From Lytechinus pictus (Eukaryota), in NCBI RefSeq assembly GCF_037042905.1, contig NC_087251.1:29638001-29702000 (forward strand): a stretch of DNA of 64,000 nucleotides. The letters are read 5' to 3'. Position numbers and translations under genes: made by a program. This document shows, piece by piece, positions 40,261 through 52,050 of this stretch (position 1 is its first letter; every line of letters starts with the position of its first letter). The notes beneath the pieces are model-generated. The model saw only the letters and a program-made list of their open reading frames with translations, had not been told where the DNA came from and did not search any database.

Positions 40261-40979
40261 AAAACCTATCTGGTATTTTTCATTGAACATCTAACTTTAC
40301 ATTCTGCATAACAAAAGTAATCCTTGACATTCCAGAAATAATACAGGGCATTATGAAAAAGTCAATGTATTTCATGTACAAAAAAGAGGTGCAATTTGGG
40401 TACTAAAGTGCCTGCCAAAATTAAACAAAGTAATGAGTGAAGATGTCTATGCTAGCCAAGGTAGCATATAAGTAGGTTACTCATATGCCAAAATATATTT
40501 GGATTCTGTGTTTTATGAGATCACTAGAGATAAAAACGTTGAAATTTCAGAGTTACATCCTTTACTGTGAAAATGACCATATAAGTTGATCCCTAGCTTC
40601 AATCTGCTTTTTAAAGCATTGGTAGTTACAATACAGGGGTGGTATTCTGATATCCATTTTATCCATTTCAGGTATTTAGCCTTGAAATCTTTCCAAATCA
40701 ATTATAAAAAAATGAAAACTTAAAAAAAAGTGTTTAAATATGCACAGTCTATGTAACAGTAGAAACGATGATCATGTGATCGGCTCTCGACCAATCATTT
40801 GATTAGGATCCATATATCCATTCTATAAGCTGTATTGGGAAATTCTGTGTTCTTCTTGAATTCCATGAACGTGATTTTCTGTTTTCTGTATTGTTGAAAA
40901 CAGACGACTTAACTATAAAAAAAAACCATACATTTGAATAATGATAATAAATAATTTTGTATGTTTTAATTACTTTCAG

Positions 40980-41023
40980 GGTGTAGCTGATCCCAGCATG
41001 TCAAAGAAAGTAGCAGCAATAAA
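40980..41023 (+). CDS. RBM34: RBM34 exon 5
   Basis: tttcag|GVADPSMSKKVAAI(K)|GTAAGT, ends in phase 2. Confidence 0.88.
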
Positions 41024-41701
41024 GTAAGTTGATAATCACCGTTGGGGCATCCATACTTTAATTATAAAATGATAGATCATAAAATAAACACCCACACAAT
41101 TTTTTTTCATCTTTTTCATCTTGTTTGAATATGATGTTAAATGACCTTTTATGAAATAATTCATAGTAGGTCCAGGCCTGCCAACTGTCCCGATTTTCAA
41201 CTTTCAACTAAAATCCAGGAGCTCTGTCCTTGAACCCCACCAGTGGGTAGTTGGACACCCGGCCATTGGTTGTCCAGATTTTCTAACTGTTGGCAGGTAT
41301 GTAGGGCTGAGTCATGTTGGGAATTGTTCTTTTTTTTAATTGAAATTTGGATGGCTTCTTACTGTCAGATTCCAGTATTTGCCTTTGCCTAGTCTGTTGT
41401 GCAAACCCTTCACGTCATCTGAATATGCAGCATAAGGTGAACAGAATCCCCTTACGTTCATTGAATTTGAAAAAGCAGGGTTGTATTTGTACTAGTCTTG
41501 TGTTAAGACCCAGTTGTTGATCAAAGTTACAATCAAAATATTCAAGTCTTCCAGCATCACAAAGTCAGGCCTAATACTTAACATCCCATTGACATGGATG
41601 TTAAATACCCATAAATGCTGACTTTTATAAGTTTGCCCCAACTTCTTTTTTTCAGATTCTAAGAAAATTTGAATTTGGTTTATCATTTACGATTTAATTA
41701 G

Positions 41702-41785
41702 ACAGGAACTGAATCCCAAGAGAACATCCTTCAATGCTTATATTGTCTTTGAGGAAGAGAAGTGTGCCCAAGCTGCTTTAGAAAG
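41702..41785 (+). CDS. RBM34: RBM34 exon 6
   Basis: attag|QELNPKRTSFNAYIVFEEEKCAQAALE|GTATTA; NAYIVF is the RNP1-like motif. Confidence 0.88.
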
Positions 41786-42333
41786 GTATTACACTTGAAG
41801 CTAGTGGTAAATACACTGAGCAGTAATTAAGAGAGGGGCTGTTAAAGGAAAAATATGCTGTAATCTGAAGTTGATTATGGAAAATAAAATAGGACAAGAT
41901 TACAAAATGAGCTGTGACCCTACAACCCCTTAAGCAATTTTCATAAAAATAGTGCCACAAGATGCACACAAAAAATTGTCTAAATGATTACATGATGTAG
42001 ATGGTCATGGATTAATCATGAATCTTGTGCCAGGGGGGGGGGCATTAACTTGAAGTTTGATTTCATGGTTTACATCATGAGAAAACCTAGCAAATTAGAA
42101 AGATGTGGTGACCCCATAGAGTCCATGATTTATCAAAGTTAAACCAGAGTTCAAAATGTCTAAAGGGGCTTTCCTGTTTGTTTTGGATTGTCACTTTACG
42201 TATAGTTTAAAGTTGTTCTTGTGTCACAAATGTAACCAAGTATTGGCAGTTTGACAGAAATTATCAAAAAGATTGACAACAATGTAAATGCTTCAATGTT
42301 TGTGTATTACAATCTCTTCTCATTCATTGACAG

Positions 42334-42394
42334 CAATGGCAGGCTAGTGAACAAACATCATATGAGAGTGGATATAGCAAGCAACAACAAGAAG
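42334..42394 (+). CDS. RBM34: RBM34 exon 7
   Basis: gacag|NGRLVNKHHMRVDIASNNKK|GTATGA. Confidence 0.88.
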
Positions 42395-42733
42395 GTATGA
42401 AAAACAGACAAATTTGGGTCACATTGGAAATATGTAAGAGGAGAATTGAAATGTTAAAATAGGGGAAAAGAGGAAGAAAGAACCAACAAATAGTTTTGAA
42501 GAGAGAGAACTATGTCATGGAACCATTCAATACCCATTATTTAATTATTTACATCATCTGTAAAGTGCTTTAATAAAGAATGTCATTGAGATGCTCTTTG
42601 ATTGTGATAATCTCTATATTTAAGCAGAGTATTAGTATTATTGTTTAGAATAAAATTAGAGTCACTTCATGTGGAATATTCTTTGCATCCCATTGATATG
42701 AATCATTTTTTTTTCATCATTTCTTTATTGTAG

Positions 42734-42895
42734 CATGACATGAAGCATTCTCTGTTTATTGGTAACCTCCCCTTCAACATTGACGATGAAGCCGTCAGAA
42801 ATCACTTTCAGGAGTTTGGAACTGTTCAAGGAGTGAGGCTCATCAGAGACAAAGCCACTGGAATGGGAAAGGGCTTCGGATACGTGCTCTTTGAG
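42734..42895 (+). CDS. RBM34: RBM34 exon 8 (RRM2)
   Basis: tgtag|HDMKHSLFIGNLPF...VRLIRDKATGMGKGFGYVLFE|GTAATC; RNP2 and RNP1 motifs. Confidence 0.93.
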
Positions 42896-43003
42896 GTAAT
42901 CTTTGTAAGCCTAGATCGATACGATGTGATAAAGCTGGGTAACATTTTTAAAAAATTGTTCAGATACTGTGGCATAAAGCTGTATGTAATACCCAATGCA
43001 TTA

Positions 43004-43422
43004 AGGCCACCCCACACCCTATGACCCGACCAGTCTACGACTAGCTTGCGACTAAGTAGGGGAGATGTGACGTCACAGCTCTTGTTAGCTTGAGAGTTGC
43101 AGACCGGTTAGAGACAAACCGCAAGGAAACTCGTTAGGATTTTACATGTTGAATCCTTACAACTGGATCACAAGCTCAATCCAATTTTCAGCCAATCAGA
43201 CTGCAGATTCGCACATAAATACTGACGCATACTCGAAGTGCAATGCGCATACGCAGTAGTAAGCGTCATTTTCTCAGTTGCGAAGGCAAAGCAAAAAGCG
43301 CATGCATGAGTTGCAGACAAAAGGGTAGTCAGACCGCAAGGTGTGCGGTGTCGAGGTTTATGACTACCTTGCGATTCATGTTCCCTCACTCGGTCGCAGA
43401 CCAGTCGGGTGTGCGGTGGCCT
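43004..43422. mobile_element. PIF/Harbinger-like MITE (TTA TSD)
   Basis: TTA|AGGCCACCCCACACC...GGTGTGCGGTGGCCT|TTA. Confidence 0.75.
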
Positions 43423-43470
43423 TTACGTGCTTCAATTCTTATGTCACTTTCCCACCAGGGAAACTGACCC

Positions 43471-43670
43471 CAGGGCCCTGTCATAAAAAGAGTTACAACT
43501 GATCCAATCAACCTCTACTGTATGGAAATCCATCAATGTTATGACTTTTTTTTCTCCTAATATATAGCATGTCTAGAATATTTTAAAAGAAACCTGCATT
43601 GCAAATGTTGATGTTGCTGGCTTTCCATAGTTGTGGTTGATCCGATTAATCACAACTTTACGGAGCCCAG
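43471..43670. mobile_element. small palindromic MITE (Harbinger-like, decayed)
   Basis: Imperfect inverted arms (ATCAACC..TATGGAAA / TTTCCATAG..GGTTGAT), GGGCCC-like ends. Confidence 0.45.
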
Positions 43671-44105
43671 ATCAACAAAATCTATTACATTATTTCTAAT
43701 GACATAGCATCAGTGGGACTGGCGTCTGTTTCGCTGGTGTGAATGTGGAGCTAAAGTTGATCCTAGAGTTGTTCAAGCAAATTCATAACACCATTATGAT
43801 TTCATTATGTTATTATTGTTACCTTTAATGTAGGAAGGAAGTCCTCTGCAAAGAAATGCTCTTCTGATACCCTTTACCTTCAAAATATGACCAAACAAGA
43901 AAAAAAGCGGAAATGTTTTGGCAAAATATTTTTGTATAATCCCATACACATATTTCATTGACATGGTTGAATGAATGAATGAATGAAATTGACGGTTTGA
44001 AAATATTGCCACAACGCTTATTGTTGGATATATTGTGATCAACATCACTGTGCTAGAGTATGAAATGCAATTTCAGTCTCTTTCTATTTTCTCAATTCAA
44101 AACAG

Positions 44106-44210
44106 GATTCTTCTTCAGTCGAGTTTGCATTGAAGATGGATGGCAGTAAACTGAAAGGAAGATCACTGAGAGTGAAAAGAGCAGTCAAGAAAGAAAAACA
44201 AAAAGAACAA
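44106..44210 (+). CDS. RBM34: RBM34 exon 9 (end of RRM2)
   Basis: aacag|DSSSVEFALKMDGSKLKGRSLRVKRAVKKEKQKEQ| followed by U12 donor ATATCCTTT. Confidence 0.88.
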
Positions 44211-44635
44211 ATATCCTTTACAATACAGTTCTCCTTCTGATTAGACCTAGTTCTGATGATTAAATGGGCTCCATAAGGATAAATGATGATGGTGATGGTA
44301 GTGATGATGATGATAAAGTTGATGGTCAGTGCCTTGGTGAGATGATCATGTGAATTTAAAGTGATGGTGGTGATGATGGTAGTGATGATGATGATTATGA
44401 TGACTGTGATGATTGTTGATGATGATGATTATGATGATGACGATGAGGATGATGGTTATGGTGATGGTGGTGGTGATAGTGATGATAGTTATGTTAATGA
44501 GTATGGTAATGATGGTGCTGATGTTGATGATCATGATTGCAGTGGTGGTGGTGATGATAGTGAGATGATGATGAAAGACGGTTATATCCAGCTCGTAAAA
44601 ATGTGCAAAGTAATTTCTTTAACAACCACCTTCAC
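44211..44635 (+). other. U12-type (minor spliceosome) AT-AC intron
   Basis: 5'ss ATATCCTTT; branch site TTTCTTTAAC at 44614-44623; 3' end TTCAC| 13 nt after the branch A; phase 0 join is in frame. Confidence 0.8.
44283..44573. repeat. (GAT/GGT)n degenerate trinucleotide microsatellite inside the U12 intron
   Basis: Long run of gatgatgat / ggtgat units. Confidence 0.9.
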
Positions 44636-44803
44636 AGAGATTCTAATACCAGGGGTAAGAGTGTTCATAGGAGGAGTAACTCCAAATCAAGAGGCGGGTC
44701 AGGATTCCAAGGAAAAGCAGGACCCCGAAGGCCACAGTCCAAGGGTAAAGTGAAAAGGAAGCAGAAGGCTGGAGGAAGCCACAAAGGCAAGCAGAAGAGG
44801 TGA
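44636..44803 (+). CDS. RBM34: RBM34 exon 10 (basic R/K/G-rich C-terminal tail)
   Basis: RDSNTRGKSVHRRSNSKSRGGSGFQGKAGPRRPQSKGKVKRKQKAGGSHKGKQKR*; FxG motif plus basic tail as in RBM34/Nop12 C-termini. Confidence 0.75.
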   Translation, partial: RDSNTRGKSVHRRSNSKSRGGSGFQGKAGPRRPQSKGKVKRKQKAGGSHKGKQKR

Positions 44804-45139
44804 TACCTTCATGGATTACTTGGAGCACAAAATACAAAAAATAAAAAACAAACTGAGAGATATAGATGAAAGTGAAGAGAATATAGAAGCCTGGATGTAG
44901 CTACAAGGACAAGCTGAAGAAACGTTTTCAAGGATTCATTAGTCTCCTTGAAACACTATGACATCCCAGGGGAAATTATGTACTATGCTCATTTCTAGTG
45001 ATAAAGAGCACACTGGAATCATGAATCAGCAAGCGATCTTGGCTTAAAAGTGGTTTGTGTGATGTGATTACCATATCTTAATTAAAAAAATAAGCCAAAT
45101 CTCAAGCAAATCCTCCTCTGACACAAATACACAGATCGA

Positions 45140-45960
45140 TCAAGCCTCTTTTTTTTATTGTTGCAAGCCTCCACGTCTCGAACACAGTTTTCCATAGACA
45201 CAATACCTTCAGAAAGATCATTCTGTTGCATAACGATGTACAACTGTGTATCATATAACATGACTAATACCCTTGTGGGCTGCAATGACATCACTCAAAG
45301 GGCCAATAACTGAGTCCTGATGTACTCTCCAGCTTAGAAGATATTCATCAGATAGAGCTCCATTAACGACGACTATTTACTTCCGGTTCTTTAGGTATGA
45401 CTTCAGCCATTTAAGAGTAGTGCATCCTATGCAATTTCTTTGACTGCAGCATTGGATCTTCATGTCATGGTCGATAGTATTGAATGCTGCTGAATAATCT
45501 AGCAACACTAAGATGGCCTCCTGTCCTTTGTCTAATGCCGGCAAAAGACCATTTGAGACCCAAATGAGTGCGGATTATTTGGAATGACCATCTTGATATG
45601 CTGACTGCCTAGGAGGAAAGGAGGTAACCTAGTACGTAGCTGTCTGACAACAATAAGTTCTCATAGAAACATCTGGTATGTGATTGGTTGATACTTTGCC
45701 ACGTTCTCTACATCCAGCCGAGGCTTTTTCAGGATTGGTTTACCATGTGAAATCTTGAATAAGGATGGGACAATTCCTGAAGTAAGTGAAGAATTCACAA
45801 GCTTTGTTATGAACGGCATGAGTACATCAAGACATTTCTTGAAGAGCCAGGTGGGGGCTGGATCAAGTTGACAAGATTTAGATGGACTCTCCTTGATAAC
45901 CTTGATGATGTCATCCTCAGACAGAAGATTGAATTTTAAGAATGAAGCATGATCAGTCTC
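45140..45960 (-). mobile_element. decayed L2/CR1 LINE RT fragment
   Basis: PSKSCQLDPAPTWLFKKC..PILKKPRLD; SAYQDGHS; LVLLDYSAAFNTIDH; YDTQLY; many stops and deletions. Confidence 0.75.
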
Positions 45961-46864
45961 ACAGAATTCAATTAGATTCTTGAAGTTTCAATAAAAAGAG
46001 ATGTGCGATAAAGTTACGTCAATTTAACTAATCTTCCTTTTTCCGAATGCATCAATAACCAAATGAAATTAATCTTTTATAGTTATACTATAATAGATTT
46101 ATGTATCTTGCTCGCAAGAAGGTAACCAGTGAAGTAACAAGTCAGCCACATATTGCGATTCCTTGGCTGAACAAGGAACCAAATCATGGTTTTAAATACA
46201 TTTCCTCAAATCGATATTATACCTAGGCATTTATAAATCGTAAGAGATTTGATCGAATAAGGTGGTATTTAGTCAGTTTTCTCCAACTTCCTGGTTCCAT
46301 AGTTTGGTATATAAAAGTTGATGCAGGATGAAGGTTTTATCAGTAGGACATAGGCAGAACCATTGTCAATGGAGTTTGATTAAGATATTAACTAAATTTT
46401 TTTTCTAATCCAAGGTTAATTTCAGCAACATAATTGGCTATTTCTATCAGTCATATGAAGTCATACCTTTCATGATAGAAAAGGCAGGCTGATCACGAGC
46501 TCTCATTTTCCACTCTTCTTGGGAACCCTTTTCTCTAACTGGAAGGCAAAGCTGCACACCAAACATTTTACTCTTGTAGCTTTATTTTGGTCCTTAGTCT
46601 AAAAGCCTCTTCTATCTCTTCTTTCATTTGTAGGGGTATTTTGGTTCACCTACACTTTAGATTTTCCTTCTCTCTTTCCCCCTGTGGAGCTAGTTGATGG
46701 ACTCACTGTTTTCTGGTTGTTAAGGTAGTGACTTTGTAACTTCCGCTGATTCTCTGGCACTAGCTGCCTCCTCAATTCTTTGCATATCTAGCAGGGATGA
46801 ACTTTGAATTTCCTTTGTTCTCACATTTTTCCACTCTGCTTGGGAACCCTTTTCTCTAACTTAA

Positions 46865-47470
46865 AGGTCAAGTCCATCCCAGAAAAATGTAGATTTGAAT
46901 AAATAGAGAAAAATCAAACTAGCATAATGCTGAAAATTTCATCAAAATCTGATGTAAAATAAGAAAGTTATGACATTTTTTAAAAGTTTCGTTTATTTTT
47001 CACAAAACAGTGATATGCACAACTCAGTGAAATGCAAATGAGACAGTCGATGATGTCCCTCACTCACTATTTCTTTTGTTTTTTTATTGTTTGAATTATA
47101 CAATATTTCATTTTTTTACAGATTAGACAATTAGGACCAACTTGACTGAACCATATAATATCAAACAACGCTAATTCCACATGTTCAGGGAAGAATTAAT
47201 TGTTGTTTCACTTGACAATGGGGAGAAAATTCGAATATTTCATATTTTACATAATAAAATACAAAAGAAATAGTGAGTGGATGACGTCATCAGTCTCCTC
47301 ATTTGCATACCGACCAGGATGTGCACATAACTATTTTGTGAAATTAAGCGAAACTTTAAAATGTCATAACTTTCTTATTTTACATCAGATTTTGACGAAA
47401 TTTTCAGTGTTATGTTTGTTGGATTTTCCTCTTTTTATTCAAATCAACTTTCTTGGGGTGGACTTGTCCT
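46865..47470. mobile_element. Kolobok-like palindromic non-autonomous element
   Basis: TTAA|AGGTCAAGTCCATCCCAGAAAA...TTGGGGTGGACTTGTCCT|TTAC; long inverted arms. Confidence 0.75.
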
Positions 47471-48636
47471 TTACAGGCAAAGTTGCACACCAAACATTCT
47501 ACTCTTGTAGCTTTATTTTGGTCCTTAGTCTAAAAGCCTATTCTATCTCTTCTTTCATTTGTAGGGGTATTTTGGTTCACCTACACTTTAGAGTTTCCTT
47601 CTCTCTTTCCCCCCTGTGGAGCTAGTTGATGGACTCTCTGTTTTCTGGTTGTTAAGGTAGTGACTTTGTAACTTCCGCTGATTCTCTGACACTAGCTGCC
47701 TCCTTAATTCTTTGCATATTTATTAGTCCAGTCAATCTAGCCAGAATAGGGGGTAACCCACTACTAATTGCAACACTGGATATTCCACTGCAATGCTTTC
47801 CAGGAAGGTCCCCTTAACAACATACTAAAAGTCCCAAAAAATCCAAGCAGTGAAAATTTATGAAATTTGCATATTATGCAAATTAGCCATAAAAAGTTAG
47901 AAAAATAAGGAAAATAGTCCAAAGATTACAAATTAAGTGTCAAAAACAATTTAATTTGAGCGAAAATTAATGATAAATAACTGTATTCAATGTTTTTATT
48001 CAAAAGCGCCAAAAAATCTACCTCAGTTGCATATTATGCAAATAAGCATCCTTATATGGAAAAAAATGTCAAGATATTGTGATTGTTCTCATCAGGGTTG
48101 GCACGTTTTAAACGGTGTGTTTTAAAACATGTTTTAAAACGCGTTTTAAAACACCCGTTTTTTTTACAAAAAAAACGTGTTTTAAAACACCTCATAGACT
48201 TGTGTGTTATAAATATGCATGGTCATGGATGTGATTTTAGATGAATATTTTTTTATACTTTTATTTCTTAAGTGGCACATTATTTTCTTCTAACTAGATC
48301 TCTTTCTCGACACCACTCTTTTTCTCTTTCCCCCCTTATCCCCCTTTCTCCATCCCTTTGTCATGTTCCTTGAAATCCTCTTGTTCAATTGTGCACATCA
48401 ATCTATATTAAGAATATTCTCATTATAACAAACATGAGTGTTGTGCTTTAAAATAAGCTCAAATATGGAACTTGAATGAAATGGAAGTGTTGCACAAGCA
48501 TAATATTTTACAAATAGACTGTAAAACTGACATTGTATTCTTGAGGTACACACAAAAGCAGGTGAAACTTTGCGCTTTGTAAATATGAAGAAAAGTACTT
48601 AAATTCAGTATAAGATAGTCAGCAAGCAAACCTTAA

Positions 48637-49151
48637 AAGACAAATCCACCACAAGAAAAATGTATGCTGAAAATTTCGTCAAAATCAGATGCAAAATAAT
48701 AAAGTTTTGCTTAATTTTGCAAAACAGTTATATGCTCATCTTGGTCGGTATGCAAATGAAGGGGACTGATGACATCACTCACTATTTATTTTGTATTTCG
48801 TTATTTTCTCATTGTCATGTGAAATAAAGTTTAATTCTTCCCTGAACATATGGAACTACCATTGTTTTAACATTTTTTGGTTCAGTCAAGTAGGTCATCT
48901 GAAAAAATTGAAATTGTATTGTTCAAACAATAAAAACAAAAGAAATAGTGAGTGAGGGACATCATCAACTCTCTCATTTGCATATCACTGAGATGTTATT
49001 ACTGTTTTGTGAATAAAAGCGAAACTTTACAATGTCATACATGTAACTTATTTTATATCTGATTTCGACGAAACTTTCAGCATTACATGTATGCTTGTTT
49101 GAATTTTCTCTACAGATTGAAATCAACATTTTTCTGGGGTGGACTTGACCT
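48637..49151. mobile_element. Kolobok-like element (family of 46865-47470)
   Basis: TTAA|AAGACAAATCCACC...GGTGGACTTGACCT|TTAA. Confidence 0.7.
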
Positions 49152-49609
49152 TTAACCCTAACAGTCCAAGGGGTCCGTAATGGCCCCCTAAAATTTCTAT
49201 GATAAATCCATAAGCACGACAGGGCCATGCCATATTGTTCAAGACTATTTTTGGGATGCATGCATGGGTATGCGATTATGATATTACACAAGTGCATGTC
49301 AGACCCCGAATTGCTCAATAACGTGTTTTCATGTATAAAGCCAATGCGAATTTTTCGCCAACATTCGTATCTGTATCAATATTTGTACGATTGGAAAAAT
49401 ATTGCCAATAATTTCCATTAAAAAACGATTGAAAAAAACCAAAACTAACCAAAAAACTGTACAAATATTTAAATTTTTTAATTCCTCAAAATTAAATTCT
49501 TTAATTCCTCAATAAAAAAAATAAGCAGTTCAGGGGGTTTATTTATCAATTTAAACCCAAACTTGTATTTCATGCACTAAAATTGGTAAATTGATTAAAA
49601 TCAAATTAA

Positions 49610-50197
49610 AAGGATGGTCCGGGCTGAAAATATTTATATCTTAATACATAGAGTAGAATTCACTGAGCAAAATGCCGAAAAATTTCATCAAATTCGGATA
49701 ACAAATAAGAAAGTTATTGAAGTTTAAAGTTTAGCAACATTTTGTGAAAACAGTCGTCATGAATATTCATTAGGTGGGCTGATGATGTCACATCCCCACT
49801 TTCCTTTTTCTTATGTTATTACATAAAGTCATATTTTTTTTCATTATTTCATACTTGTGTGAATAATATGTCTCCCTTATAATGAAATAAGTTGCAGCAA
49901 TGAATATCTAATGCACTAAATCAGTTGTCAATCCAATTTTTCTAGTTCTTGGAGGAAAAAATTTGAATAATCCTAATTTGATATAATAAATACAAAAGAA
50001 CAAGTGGGGACATGACATCATCTCCCCACCTAATCTAATGAATATTCATGACGACTGTTTTCACAAAATATTGCTAAACTTTGAAATTCAATAACTTTGT
50101 TTTTGTTATTCGATTTTGATGAAATTTTTCGGCATTTTGCTCAGTGAATTCTACTCTATTTATTAAGTTATAGATATTTTCAGCCCGGACCATCCCT
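49610..50197. mobile_element. Kolobok-like foldback element with ~210-bp near-perfect arms
   Basis: TTAA|AAGGATGGTCCGGGCTGAAAATAT...ATATTTTCAGCCCGGACCATCCCT|TTAA. Confidence 0.8.
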
Positions 50198-51029
50198 TTA
50201 AGCTTTGAAAGCACATAGTCTATAGATTATGTTATTTTCTTACATTGTGCGAATTCTTCTCACCCCCTAGATTGACGAGACCCAAAAGTATGTACATGTA
50301 TGTAAATGTATGAGGAATAAACTTATAAAATGTCAACTTACTTGTTTGCATTCAATTTCAATGATTTAGTAATTTGGGGGAAAATATGAACTTTTCTGTT
50401 GGAAATTCAGTAACAAAAAATGTAGTTATCTTTTACTTACTCTAAAAATGAATTTAAAACATCAACAGCTTAAATTGTACTGTATTAAGTGTATAGTTTA
50501 ATTTATTTACAGAAAATTTCATCGTTCGTTGGAGAAAAAAAACGTTTTAAAACGATTTAAAACGTTTTAAAACAATAAAAAACGTTTTATTTGTTTTTTT
50601 TTATAAAAAACGTTTTTTATTACAACCCTGGTTCTCATATAGACTGCTTAAAAACATTTCATTTATGTTGACATTTATATGCTACTATCACTTAGCATGA
50701 GAATTCATCCCAATGCCTGAAAATTAATATGCATATTTTGCAAATTAGCCATTAAAAATAGAAAATAAGGAAAATAATCCAAAGATTATAAATTAAATGT
50801 CAAAAGCAAGTAATTTGAACAAAATTTCATGATGAATAAATAAGTTCAAATGTTTTTATTTAAAAAAGCTAGCAAATCTGCCTCATTTGCATATTATGCA
50901 AATAAGTATCCATATATGGAAAATGTCAAGAAATTTTGATTTTCTCGCATTGACTGTTGTTCAAATCAATATGCTGCTATCACTAAGCATGCATATTTAT
51001 CCTAATATAATTTGTATTTAAGGGAAAAT

Positions 51030-52050
51030 ACTGGAAATGTGTTCTTCAAGTCCTAAAGCCATGTTGTTAGTCTGACAAGATGATGGGATTGTCAAGAACA
51101 AAGCACAGTATTTGAAATTGGTGAGTAGTTTGTTAGAGCTGACAACCCTCTCTTTTATGGATGGGAACGACATAGACTTTCTTGAAATTTCACCTTATAA
51201 AGAAGGGAGGCCAAGAAAAGCAAACTTATGGCAGGTGAGATCTGATGAGTAGTCTCATTAAGAAGTGTAGCAGAGATTCCATCTGGCCTAGTAGCTTCAT
51301 GCGGGTTGTTATCTTGACAATTTCGTCAGTAGTTAGGCTACACCCGCTTGACTAAACAATATGTTATCTGGCCATGTCTGGGTCAGGACAGGGTTCCAGG
51401 ACTTGCAGAGCAGCGTCATCATCATCATGATCAGTGGTGAATACTGAGACTAAAAATCTTTTGTGTTCGCTTTCCGCTATTCCAATGTAGTCATAGCGCA
51501 TGATATTAAGGGCTCCCAACATGCTAATTGTTACAGCCTGGATCATTGCCAATCCGGTCAACAAATTATGTATTATAGGCTTGTCTACAAACCCATCTTA
51601 TGGTCCTCTTTAATGCATTGTAGCAATATTCTGAGCTTTACCTTACTGGTGCTTTTGGAGCTCTTACATGCGCAAACCTTCCTAGCCTTCCTATAAAACT
51701 TTTTTCTCCTTCCGATACAACTTATGTCCATTAATTGTCTCATTGAGGCAACTTGTGTCGGAAGAAGACATGGGTAACGGTTTGGTTCTTGCCAAAGTCC
51801 TCTTAATTGGCATTCAATCTCCTATGCTCGACTTATTGGATTTTAGTACCGAGAGTTGTATGATTGTTCAAAGTACATCTGCATGACATTATTAAAGTCA
51901 GCATTCCTCCAGAAGAACATTCTTAGTCGTACCATAATTACTGAAAGTTTTATTCCTCTGTCATGTCTGTATACCCTCACATACCCATGAGTAACATGTG
52001 GCAAATAAATCCTGGAATGGGTACACACTGTCTACTCAATGTTGGATGGT
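51030..52050 (-). mobile_element. highly decayed LINE ORF2 fragment inside the Academ-like element
   Basis: FFWRNADFNNVM and NPHEATRPDGISATLLNE (similar to KAxGPDGI pre-RT motif); numerous stops. Confidence 0.45.

Larger units (their letters stand above)
48093..50630. mobile_element. hAT non-autonomous element (8-bp TSD) inserted in the left Academ TIR
   Basis: GTTCTCAT|CAGGGTTG...CAACCCTG|GTTCTCAT; subterminal GTTTTAAAAC repeats at both ends. Confidence 0.85.

Noticed and set aside
34200..44100. Intronic snoRNA candidates in RBM34 (hairpins near 34290-34335 and 43700-43790)
   Set aside because: No properly placed H (ANANNA) plus ACA or C/D box pairs found by eye; would need snoReport/Infernal
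44624..44637. Alternative 3' ends for the U12 intron (AC at 44629, AG at 44637)
   Set aside because: 44629 is only 7 nt from the branch A; 44637 shifts the frame away from the basic tail
44346..44753. Asp/Gly-rich 130-aa ORF and its antisense ORF
   Set aside because: Produced by the intronic (GAT/GGT)n tract; the supported reading frame resumes at 44636
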